From a bacterium (GTDB lineage Bacteria > Chloroflexota > Dormibacteria > Aeolococcales > Aeolococcaceae), in the NCBI GenBank assembly GCA_021803465.1, contig JAJZLL010000008.1:8035-72034 (forward strand): DNA of 64,000 nucleotides. Reading direction: 5' to 3'. Both the position numbers and the translations under genes were made by a program. The notes beneath the pieces were generated by a model, which saw only the letters and a list, made by a program, of their open reading frames with translations, was not told where the DNA came from and did no database searches. Each line of letters opens with the position of its first letter. Position 1 is the stretch's first letter. Shown piece by piece: positions 49,348-58,588 of this stretch.

Positions 49348-51186
49348 ATGTCCATTGCCACTGTTCCCACTGCCCCAGCCACAACCCTGGAAACGCTGGT
49401 CTCAGGCTTCTGGCGCCAGGTGAGTGACCGTCCCACTGCGCCGGCAATGCATTCTGCCATGGGCGCGAAATACTATCCGATCACATGGAAGCAGTTTGGC
49501 GAATCAGTGGAACGTGTTGCTGCCTTTCTCCTTGAGCAGGGTGTTGACGACCACAGCTTCGTTGCCATCTGGTCGAACAACCGACCTGAATGGCACATCG
49601 CTGACATGGCCATCCTCTCGCTCCGGTGCAGACCAGTTCCCATCTACCAGACAGTCAGTGAAGAGCAGGCAGCCTACATTCTCAACCACTCGGAATCGGC
49701 TGCGATCTTCGTGGAAAACGATGCGCTTCTTGAGCATGTGCTCGCTGTCCGTGGATCCGTGCCGTCCCTCACCACAGTGGTGGTGCTGGAACATGACGAC
49801 CATGACACCCTGCCAGATGGAGTCATTACCTGGTCCGCGCTCCAGAAGGAGGCGGAACGGCTTGTTGCCAAGCACAGGCCAACGTTCGAGGAGAGGAAGC
49901 GGCAGGTCACGCTTGATGACTTTGCAACGCTCATCTATACAAGTGGCACAACAGGTCCTCCCAAGGCAGTCTGCCTGAGCCACCGGAACGTGAGCGCTGC
50001 CCAGCAGTCAATTGCTGCAGTCGTGCCAACCACTTCCGAAGACCGCATTCTGAGCTACCTCCCACTTGCGCATATAGCGGAGAGGGATGTCAGCGAATTC
50101 CGGTCATACCTCACAGGGTGCCAGGTGTACTTCCTGGACAGCTTCCCCAAGCTTGCGGAACGCCTGAAGCTCGTCCGTCCAACCCAGTTCCTGGGTGTTC
50201 CTCGCGTGTGGGAGAAGATGGGTGAGCAGATACGGAAAAAGGTGGGGAGTGGCACAGGCGTCACTGGAGCTGTTGGTTCCTGGGGACTCCGCGTTGCGAA
50301 GGAGTGGGCGGACGCAAAGTGCAGCAGCACCCCACCAGGTGTGCTGCTCGAGTGGCAGCATGCGCTTGCAGCAAAGCTTGTGTACAGCAAGATCAAGGAA
50401 GAGCTTGGATTCTCCGAAACACGGGTCTTTGCCTCGGGAGCAGCACCCATCTCCCTCGATGTGCTGAAGTTCTTCTACGGCATAGGGATCGAGATCGACG
50501 AGGTGTATGGGCAAACGGAGAACACGGCCATTTGCTGCATGAGCCGGCCAGGAGCAGCAGTGCTCGGGACAGTTGGCCCACCGTTTCCCCATGTCGAGGT
50601 GCAGATTGCGGAGGATGGAGAAATCCTCTGCAGGGGAGATGATGTCTTCGTCGGCTACTACAAGGATGATGCAGCAACTTCTGAGACGCTCGTTGACGGG
50701 TGGCTCCACACTGGGGACATCGGATCATTTGACGACAAGGGACGCCTCAAGATCACTGACAGGAAGAAGGACCTTATCATCACTGCAGGGGGAAAGAACA
50801 TTTCCCCCACGAACATTGAGCTTGCTCTTGCGCTCGATCCTCTCATTGGCCATGCTGTAGTCATAGGTGACAAGCGTCCGTACATATCAGCGCTCATCAC
50901 TCTCGATCCGGAGGAGGCACCACTCTGGGCCAGTCAGCATGGCCTTGAGAATCCAGACGATCTGGACAGGCTTGCTTCGGATGAATCCATCCGCAATGCG
51001 ATCCAGCGACGTGTGGACACCGTGAATGCTGCGCTCAACCACGCGGAGCAGGTGAAGAAGTGGGCACTGCTCCCCCAGGATTTCGTGATTGGGGAAGAAC
51101 TCACGCCAACACTCAAGGTGAAGAGAAAAGTGGTGAACGACAAGTATCAGGAAACCATCGCCTCACTCTACACGGGCCACGAGTAG
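49348..51186 (+). CDS. long-chain fatty-acid--CoA ligase (AMP-dependent synthetase)
   Basis: AMP-binding motif 'LIYTSGTTGPPK', 'GYGQTE', 'TGDIG...DRKKDLI'; start at Met-43 of the ORF. Confidence 0.9.
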   Translation: MSIATVPTAPATTLETLVSGFWRQVSDRPTAPAMHSAMGAKYYPITWKQFGESVERVAAFLLEQGVDDHSFVAIWSNNRPEWHIADMAILSLRCRPVPIYQTVSEEQAAYILNHSESAAIFVENDALLEHVLAVRGSVPSLTTVVVLEHDDHDTLPDGVITWSALQKEAERLVAKHRPTFEERKRQVTLDDFATLIYTSGTTGPPKAVCLSHRNVSAAQQSIAAVVPTTSEDRILSYLPLAHIAERDVSEFRSYLTGCQVYFLDSFPKLAERLKLVRPTQFLGVPRVWEKMGEQIRKKVGSGTGVTGAVGSWGLRVAKEWADAKCSSTPPGVLLEWQHALAAKLVYSKIKEELGFSETRVFASGAAPISLDVLKFFYGIGIEIDEVYGQTENTAICCMSRPGAAVLGTVGPPFPHVEVQIAEDGEILCRGDDVFVGYYKDDAATSETLVDGWLHTGDIGSFDDKGRLKITDRKKDLIITAGGKNISPTNIELALALDPLIGHAVVIGDKRPYISALITLDPEEAPLWASQHGLENPDDLDRLASDESIRNAIQRRVDTVNAALNHAEQVKKWALLPQDFVIGEELTPTLKVKRKVVNDKYQETIASLYTGHE

Positions 51187-51241
51187 CGCAGGGATTGCTG
51201 CAGGGGGAATGATTCCGTAGGGACAAGTGTGGACGATTTGC

Positions 51242-51625
51242 CTACTGGTGTCCGAGGAGGTCGAGGAGGCGTTGCCGCAGCTCCTCCAGCCGCTCGAACT
51301 CGTCAACAGAGGGACGGGGAGCAACCTTGCTGGGAAACTTCATTTTTTGCACTGCATCAGCAAGAATCTCGATTTCCCACTGCGAAAGGGCGACGCGCAC
51401 TGTGCCCTCTGGTATCGTGGCGGGCGCAGCATCCCTTCTGGGAGCTTCCTTTGCCTGGAGGGATGGAGATGCGGGAGCTGTGTCGGGAACGGGAACATCC
51501 TGATGGCGAGGCGTGCTGTCAACGGCTGCAGGCTCCCGTCGGGGTGTGGATCCTTCCTCCTGGGAAGTCTGGCGGAAAAGTTCCTCGGATCCTCGGAGTT
51601 GCGCCCTGCGAAAACCAGCCATCAC
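51242..51625 (-). CDS. small Pro/Ala-rich, largely disordered protein with conserved C-terminal helix (ParA partner candidate)
   Basis: ATG overlaps the ParA stop (ATGA); low-complexity N-terminal region; structured C-terminus 'VALSQWEIEILADAVQKMKF'. Confidence 0.4.
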   Translation of the reverse strand: MMAGFRRAQLRGSEELFRQTSQEEGSTPRREPAAVDSTPRHQDVPVPDTAPASPSLQAKEAPRRDAAPATIPEGTVRVALSQWEIEILADAVQKMKFPSKVAPRPSVDEFERLEELRQRLLDLLGHQ

Positions 51626-52431
51626 GATGCATACCCCGACTGTGGAGTTGAAGTGGCCACTGCTGGCGCCTGCTCAAGAATCTTCTTTGCGAGTGCCCGG
51701 TAGGCCCGTGCTCCTGCGGAAGAGGGTGCGTACTGGAGAATGGAGAGGCCAGCAAGCGGTGTCTCCGCAAACCGGATTGAGGCATCCACCGTGAGATCGT
51801 AGACAAGGTCCCCGTAGAGGTCCCGTACATGCTCAAGAACTTCCTGGCTGTGAAGGGTACGTGACTTGTAGATCGTGGGAAGGATGCCCGCTATTCGGAG
51901 TGAGCCGTTGAGCTTGTCCTGTACTCTGCCAATGGTCCTCTGGAGCTGTTCCATGCCCTTCATGCCAAAGTATTCGCACTGGAGGGGAATGATCACCTCT
52001 GTTGAGGCGACGAGCGCATTGATGCACAGGAGTCCAAGGGATGGCGGGCAGTCAATGACCATGAAGTCATATGAGCCTGCAAGCGGCGCAAGCTTGTCGC
52101 GGAGGACGCTTTCCCGTCCAATCTCTGTCACGAGCTGGAGTTCCGCACCAGCAAGCTCGATGTTCGCAGGGAGGTAGTCGAGATGCATGTCATCGCTGTG
52201 AATGAGGACATCCTCAGCACGCACGTCAGCATCGACGAGCACATTGTAGATGCTGAGGTCGAGCTCATCAGGAAAGCGGTATCCCATGTTGAGCGTGAAA
52301 TGCCCCTGCGGATCAAGATCCACGCCGAGCACACGCTGGCCAGCCTCCGCGAGGGCAGCAGCGATGTTGACTGCGGAAGTGGTCTTGCCAACCCCTCCCT
52401 TCTGGTTTGCGACAGCGATGGTTCTCAACAT
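51622..52431 (-). CDS. ParA/Soj/MinD-family P-loop ATPase (orphan)
   Basis: deviant Walker A 'KGGVGKTT', 'DLDPQG', 'IDCPPSLG'. Confidence 0.85.
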   Translation of the reverse strand: MLRTIAVANQKGGVGKTTSAVNIAAALAEAGQRVLGVDLDPQGHFTLNMGYRFPDELDLSIYNVLVDADVRAEDVLIHSDDMHLDYLPANIELAGAELQLVTEIGRESVLRDKLAPLAGSYDFMVIDCPPSLGLLCINALVASTEVIIPLQCEYFGMKGMEQLQRTIGRVQDKLNGSLRIAGILPTIYKSRTLHSQEVLEHVRDLYGDLVYDLTVDASIRFAETPLAGLSILQYAPSSAGARAYRALAKKILEQAPAVATSTPQSGYAS

Positions 52432-52526
52432 GTATCCTATTCTCTACTCACGATGGGGCAATGCGCTACATTGTCCTGTATGACGGTATGATACGCCAGA
52501 GTGGAGAGGAAGCAGGAGTAGGCAGC

Positions 52527-53396
52527 ATGGCGGATACGGTAGAGCAGAAGCGGTCACGGATGGAATTGGTCGAGGAAGCGATCCAGCTGGCCCTTGAAAG
52601 CCGGTGGGAAGAGGCGCTTGCCACAAATCTCGATGTTCTCGAACGCTACGGCGAGGACGAGGATACGCAGAACCGGCTTGGAAAGGTTCTTCTTGAACTT
52701 GGAAGGCTTGAAGATGCAAGGGAACACTACGAGAGAGCCCTTGCGCTCAACCCCGGGAACCAGATAGCCAGGCGGAACCTCGTGCGTCTCGACATGCTCA
52801 TTTCCGAGGGCCGGAAGCTTGAGCGGAGATCACATGCTGTCGCTGTAGAGCTGTTCACCGAAGAGCCAGGGAAGAGTTCACTCGTGGCAGTCATGACCAC
52901 AGGACGCATCAAACCATCCGACATCATCCCTGGCGATGATGTCGAGCTCACAGTCAGGGATGGGAGACTTATCGCCTCGATGACTGGCGGTGAGGTCATT
53001 GGAGAGGTTGACCCGAAGGTGGGGCACCGGCTGGCAGAGCTCATGTCATCCGGAAACAAGTATTCCGCTGCAGTGGCACGTGTCCACGGTGAGCGCCTTG
53101 ATGTCATGATCCGTGAGGTGTTCCAGTCGCCTGCGAATGCGCTGACTCCTTCATTTCCGGCTGCACGGGGAGGAAAGCACGATGATTTCCGGCCCTATGC
53201 ACGTGAGAGTCTCCTCACGGAGCGCATGAAGGCACCACGACTTCCTGAAGAGGAGCTTCTCGAGGAGGCGCACGAGGTGGAACAGGAACGTGAGGATGCG
53301 GAAGTTCTGGACGAGAGCACTCCCGAGGAGGAGCCGCTCATTCCCGAGATGGATGAGAGCGACGATGAGGACACACGTCCAGAGGACGAGTACTAG
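52527..53396 (+). CDS. TPR-repeat protein with acidic C-terminal tail
   Basis: TPR-like helices (ALATNLDVLERYGEDEDTQNRLGKVLLELGRLEDAREHYERALALNP); E/D-rich C-terminus; divergent from parA. Confidence 0.5.
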   Translation: MADTVEQKRSRMELVEEAIQLALESRWEEALATNLDVLERYGEDEDTQNRLGKVLLELGRLEDAREHYERALALNPGNQIARRNLVRLDMLISEGRKLERRSHAVAVELFTEEPGKSSLVAVMTTGRIKPSDIIPGDDVELTVRDGRLIASMTGGEVIGEVDPKVGHRLAELMSSGNKYSAAVARVHGERLDVMIREVFQSPANALTPSFPAARGGKHDDFRPYARESLLTERMKAPRLPEEELLEEAHEVEQEREDAEVLDESTPEEEPLIPEMDESDDEDTRPEDEY

Positions 53397-53418
53397 CGTC
53401 TGACTGGACTGCACACCT

Positions 53419-55401
53419 ATGGCTGAACTGCCCATCACTGCACATCACATTGACCGGGAAAACGATGTCCCGCTCCTCAACCAGCCGGTCGTACCTCCCG
53501 CGAAGCATCCCCATGTGGATCGCAGAATAGGGTATCTCCCCATCCGCTCATATGGAATAATCGGGGACTGCAAGAGTGCAGCACTCGTCGGCGTGGATGG
53601 CAGTGTCGACTGGCTGTGCCTTCCAAGATTCCAGGATTCCTCACTCTTTGCAGCCATCCTTGATGGCAAGCATGGGGGTGCATGGACAATCCAGCCAGAG
53701 GAACCCCACCATTCGACGAGTCGGTACCTCCCAGACACCAATGTTCTTGAGACTGTCTTCACGACGCCAAGTGGTGTCATGCGCGTCGTGGACTTCATGC
53801 CAGCCAGTGCCTACGATCTTGCGAAAGCGCCTGGACCATCCCACAGGCCACGGCTTGTGCGGATTGTCGAGGGACTGGCTGGACGGGTCAAGTACACTTC
53901 GAAGGTGAATCCCGCGTTCGGGTATGGCAGCATCTCGAAATCCTGCAGCTCGAGCGGCAAGACGATGCTTCATGCGGATGTGGATGAAGCGCACTACTGC
54001 TTCCGCGTAGCTGGGAAGCGCGGCGAAAAGTTCGAAGCTGGTTCCCTGAGCTATGGGACCATGCATGCGTACAGTCTCATTGTCGGCAGGGCACCAATGT
54101 GTCCTCTTGATGAATGGACTGTAAGCCGGGCGCAGCAGCTCCGTGAGGAGACTATCGCGTTCTGGCGTGACTGGGTAGCCCAGTGTGACTATCAGGGACC
54201 GTACGTAGCTGAAGTGCGAAGATCCGCACTTGCCCTGAAACTCCTCTCGTATGCTCCTTCAGGCGCCTTTGTGGCAGCGCCGACAACAAGCCTCCCCGAG
54301 AAGATCCATGGAAAGCGCAACTGGGACTACCGGTTCACATGGCTTCGGGATGCGGCTTTCAGCGTGACATCGCTGGTCAATGTTGGATTCCTCACTGAGG
54401 CTGAGCGGTTCTTCAGGTGGGTTGACGCACTCAACCTTGGAGACGATGTGCCGAATCTCTTCTCAGTGGAAGGGGATCTTGAAGGAACGGAGGAGAATGT
54501 CCTCAAGCAGTTTGAGGGATACCGCAGGTCCCGTCCTGTAAGAATTGGCAATGCTGCTGCCCACCAGAAGCAGTGGGACGTGTACGGTGAGGTGGTTGAT
54601 GCCATCTACCATTTCGCCATGCGATCAGGAGAACTTCGGCCACGGACGTGGAAGCAGGTGGAGACACTTGTGAACCTTGCACAGGAACGGTGGCATCTGC
54701 CGGATGCATCCATATGGGAAATCCGTGGTCCGGACAGGCGGTTCTGCTACAGCCAGATGATGTGCTGGGTTGCGCTTGACCGTGGCATCCGCCTAGCTGC
54801 CGCATTCCATCTCCAAGCGCCCATTGAGGAATGGACAGCCACAAGGGAAGCTATCGCAAGATCGCTCGTGACAGAGTACTACCACGAGGACATTGGCTCC
54901 TTCTCGCAGGCTGTTGGCCATCACGCTGTTGACGCATCGATCCTCCGCATAGCGACACTTGGCGTGCTGCCAGGCTCAGATCCGCGCATCATTCGCACCA
55001 TTGAACGTGTGCAGCAGGAGCTGGGGCATGGACCCTTTCTTCACCGCTATCTTCGTGAGGGCGATGTCGATGGCATGCCGCGTGGTGAGGGAGCGTTTCT
55101 CATCTGCTCGTTCTGGATGGTCGAGGCTCTTGCCCATGCTGGCGAATACAGCCGTGCCCGGCAGCTGTTCGAGCAGCTTCTCTCTGTTGGATCGCCGCTC
55201 GGCCTCTTTTCTGAGGAGGTCGACATCACGACTGGAGACATGCTGGGAAACTTTCCACAGGCATTCTCCCATCTCGGCATCATCAATGCTGCACTGGCCC
55301 TTGAGGAAGTGAAAAAGCGGCCACTCTACTCCGCAGAAATGAGGAGGACTGCCCGGGAGGAAGACATGCCTGTCATCCCTGAAGAGCAGCTCACACGGTA
55401 A
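53419..55401 (+). CDS. glycoside hydrolase family 15 (glucoamylase/trehalase-like)
   Basis: GH15 N-terminal beta-sandwich ([34 protein letters not shown]) and (alpha/alpha)6 catalytic domain ([13 protein letters not shown]; WEIRG). Confidence 0.85.
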   Translation: [660 protein letters not shown]

Positions 55402-56209
55402 GCTCCGGCACTTCCGTCTGGGGTTGGTGGGCTGGACTGCGATGGAGAAATGGCAGGCGTGGACGATGGTGAGCATTCCTGGCGAGAAGTGCGGAAAGGA
55501 GTTCCATCACGCCATAGCCTTTCTCGCTCACAGTGACATACTGTGCAAGCTTCTGTGTTGCGGGTTCAGCATTCTGGACTGCAACTGTCATTCCAAACGG
55601 AGTGGCTGACCTGTCCAGCATGTCATGATCATTTTCGCCATCACCAATTGTTGCGCACCGTGATGGATGGATGTTGAGTTCGCGGAGCGCATGACGGATG
55701 CCTGATAGCTTGGACACGCCACGTGGAACATACATGACACTAGTTGTGCCAAAGATCCTGTTGAGGTCAGCTGAAACCTGTCCAAGTACAGCCTCAATGT
55801 CAGAAGTGCGTGTCTTGGGAGCACTGATGCAGCCATAGCCCACTGTGAGGTCGCCTCCGAGGGCAGCCCTAAGACGGTCCACAAGAAGTGGGGAGGGCGG
55901 ATCTGCCAGCAGTGTTACACGGTCCGCATGGGGATCCCACATGACTGCTCCATTCTCCGCAACGATCATGTCAAAGATGCGGAGCTTCGCTGGATCATCG
56001 ATCCCGGAGGGTCCAACGAGGTAGGGAAGGGTTCTTCCTGTGGCGAGAATGAGCGTGTTTCCCTGCGCCTTCCAGGCACGAAGCGCCTTCCAGACTTCAT
56101 CGGGAACAGTGTTTGGCTGCGCAATGGTCAGGGTGCTGTCGAAATCAGTGATGACGACATCGATGGGTGTTCGCGGAATGTGAGTGTTTCGACGGAAGAA
56201 GGACCGCAT
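55391..56209 (-). CDS. HAD-superfamily (Cof/IIB-type) sugar-phosphate phosphatase
   Basis: motif I 'ITDFDSTL', motif II 'LATGR', motif IV 'GDGENDHDML'; start at an internal Met of the ORF. Confidence 0.75.
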   Translation of the reverse strand: MRSFFRRNTHIPRTPIDVVITDFDSTLTIAQPNTVPDEVWKALRAWKAQGNTLILATGRTLPYLVGPSGIDDPAKLRIFDMIVAENGAVMWDPHADRVTLLADPPSPLLVDRLRAALGGDLTVGYGCISAPKTRTSDIEAVLGQVSADLNRIFGTTSVMYVPRGVSKLSGIRHALRELNIHPSRCATIGDGENDHDMLDRSATPFGMTVAVQNAEPATQKLAQYVTVSEKGYGVMELLSALLARNAHHRPRLPFLHRSPAHQPQTEVPELTV

Positions 56210-56297
56210 ATAGAGTATTGTGCGGGTTTCCAGAGGGATTGGGAAGTGGATGACCCCAGAGAGGCAGACCACGGTACGATGAAGGTAGGAGGTCGAT

Positions 56298-57773
56298 ATG
56301 GAAACGCGTGTTCGCATCGTCGGTCGTGGAGTGGAAAACGCATCCAGCCAGAACTCCCCGGACCGTACTGGCAAGGAAGCCGCAGCGACAGCAAAGCCTC
56401 GCAGGGAGCGGAGATCTCCACTTGCTCTCAGGGAGGAGCAGGCTTGGCGAGATGACATTGCAATTGTTCAGGCGCTGGTGGTCGCACTCCGGAAGAGTGG
56501 CGTATTCGATGCTCCCACAGCGAAGCTGCTGGCTGATGAATGCAGGGCGCTCAAGGACGAGGCGAAAAAGGGCTCGCTACCTCCACCAGAATATGAGTCC
56601 GAGCGGCTTGGAGGCATCCTTTCCAGGCTGAGGGACCGTGATTCCGAGGCAGGAGCACTCGTGGCGTGGGTGGTGAACGATGCGGACGTTGCCTCTGCAC
56701 GGCTTCGACTCGTTTCCCGGCGTCTGTGCACAAGGCTCATAGCCTCGCTCATTGATGTCCAGGAGTCGCTCATGCAGATAGCGAAGGGTCATCGCACGAC
56801 GCCAGTGGCAGTACACGTTGCTGGTTCCCACGGCACCATCACATCGGTAGCGCACATCATGCTCGGCTTTGCGGACATCTTCCAGCACGATGTCGAGCGA
56901 CTCATTGATGCGCTCACTGACAGTGATGAGTCTCCGCTCGGGTCAGGAGGAGGAGTGCCTGGAACGCTGCCCATCGACAGGAAAGCGATTGCTGGCGAGC
57001 TGTCCTTCAGTGCAGTGACCATGAATTCTCTTTCCGGTGTCCTCAATGGGGACGGTGCTGCAGAGCTTGCATTTGATGCCCACCTTGTCATGGGACATGT
57101 TGTGCAGCTCGCAACGGTGTGTGACACATGGGTCAGGAAGCACGGATATCTCACGATTGCGGAGGAGGGGCTGCGGGGCCTTGGCCCACGGTCGGAGCAC
57201 CGGCCACACGTGCTTCCTGTCATGGAACGGGCTGCAGCATCTGTCCGCGGTCATGCGGAGTCGTTCATGACCATGGTCACCAATCCTGCGCCCGATCCGC
57301 TCCTTGTCGAATTTTGGCAGGAACTTCTCAATGAGCTCATGGGAGAGACCATCACAGCAGTTGAGCGCATGGCGAACATTCTCGATTCCTCGACAATCCA
57401 CGATCCAATTCTCCGGGAGTCAGTGACACATCCCATGCTTTTCCTTCGCGATGTCGTCGAGCATTTCGTCATGTCGGGTGAATCACTCACCATGGCAACG
57501 GACCATGCCAGGTCCGTTCTCCAGCATGTCCAGCAGAACAGGCCGCTTGCGAAGGATGAGCAGGAAGTCATCATGGGTCTCATCGATGCAGTGCAGGCAC
57601 TGAAGCGAAGGGAAAGCGTAGGTGGTCCAGGGCCGCAGACAGTGGGAAAGCAGATTGTTCGACTTGCTGCATCGATAGCGAGGAGCAGGCGGCTTGTGCC
57701 TGTGCTTGCGAAAGCGACTCGACGGGATCGCGAGGTGGGTGCTGCTGCCGTGGAGCGATCGCACCGCACATGA
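56298..57773 (+). CDS. argininosuccinate lyase / fumarate-lyase superfamily homolog lacking the conserved catalytic SS-loop (pseudo-lyase candidate)
   Basis: collinear similarity to the ArgH central and C-terminal regions (SPLGSGGGVPGTLPIDRKAIAGELSF...NSL), but the GSSxMPxKxNP loop is replaced by RGLGPRSEHRPH and the TGRSRND region is altered. Confidence 0.5.
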   Translation: METRVRIVGRGVENASSQNSPDRTGKEAAATAKPRRERRSPLALREEQAWRDDIAIVQALVVALRKSGVFDAPTAKLLADECRALKDEAKKGSLPPPEYESERLGGILSRLRDRDSEAGALVAWVVNDADVASARLRLVSRRLCTRLIASLIDVQESLMQIAKGHRTTPVAVHVAGSHGTITSVAHIMLGFADIFQHDVERLIDALTDSDESPLGSGGGVPGTLPIDRKAIAGELSFSAVTMNSLSGVLNGDGAAELAFDAHLVMGHVVQLATVCDTWVRKHGYLTIAEEGLRGLGPRSEHRPHVLPVMERAAASVRGHAESFMTMVTNPAPDPLLVEFWQELLNELMGETITAVERMANILDSSTIHDPILRESVTHPMLFLRDVVEHFVMSGESLTMATDHARSVLQHVQQNRPLAKDEQEVIMGLIDAVQALKRRESVGGPGPQTVGKQIVRLAASIARSRRLVPVLAKATRRDREVGAAAVERSHRT

Positions 57774-58588
57774 ACAGCGCGCAGTACCTCGTCGTTGGTG
57801 ATGTGCAGGGTGACTGGGAACGGCTCCTTGAGGCCCTGGAGCCATACGGGGCGGATGAGCACCAGACAGTCTTTCTGGGAGACTTCTTCCAGGGTGGAAG
57901 GCCCGGAGACATGGGGGGAGTCCGATGCGCCAGGATTGCGCGGGAGCGTGCGCATTCGCAGGTGGTTCTTGGAAACCATGAGGTCTTCATACTCGCTGTG
58001 CTTGAGCTCTTGAGAGGCGTCCCTCTTCCCCCTGCATTTGGGGAGGAACCTGGAATGGGCGCACGCTTTCGGGAGTACCTTGCTGAGGAAGACGGCTTCA
58101 TCAGGTTCTGGGAGTTCAGACGGGGTGACTGGGAGGATGTGCATGCGCTTCAGGCCGATAACGACCTCGAGCAGTGGATCCGAAGCCGCCCCATCATGCT
58201 CCAGCTTGAGGATGGCACGCTGGTCCAGCACACAGACACGGATGTGTACCTCAGCCACGGCACCACGCTTGACGAGGTCAATGCCTGGGGGAGATCTTGC
58301 CTGGATCGCGATGGAGGAGTGTTTGAACTCCTGCCCAGTATCAGCAAGCGGCATGCCTTTGATGATCCAGATCGCACGAAGGAATACCTTGCAGCTTTCG
58401 ATGCTCCCCGCATTGTCCATGGCCATACACCGTGCGGGGCGGGAGATGCTCCAGCTGTGAGGTGGAATGGGAAAGCGCTCTGCTATGACGGCAGGTTCTC
58501 GCGGTACTGGCGGAGATCTGACGAGGAGCAGGAAGCTGGGCCAGTGGAAGCAACCGTGGGGCTGCTCCCTCCGCTTCAGACGCTGTAG
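57770..58588 (+). CDS. PPP-family metallophosphoesterase (Ser/Thr phosphatase / ApaH-like)
   Basis: 'GDVQGD', 'GDFFQGG', 'GNHE', 'GHT' phosphoesterase motifs; ATG overlaps the upstream stop (ATGA). Confidence 0.75.
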   Translation: MNSAQYLVVGDVQGDWERLLEALEPYGADEHQTVFLGDFFQGGRPGDMGGVRCARIARERAHSQVVLGNHEVFILAVLELLRGVPLPPAFGEEPGMGARFREYLAEEDGFIRFWEFRRGDWEDVHALQADNDLEQWIRSRPIMLQLEDGTLVQHTDTDVYLSHGTTLDEVNAWGRSCLDRDGGVFELLPSISKRHAFDDPDRTKEYLAAFDAPRIVHGHTPCGAGDAPAVRWNGKALCYDGRFSRYWRRSDEEQEAGPVEATVGLLPPLQTL

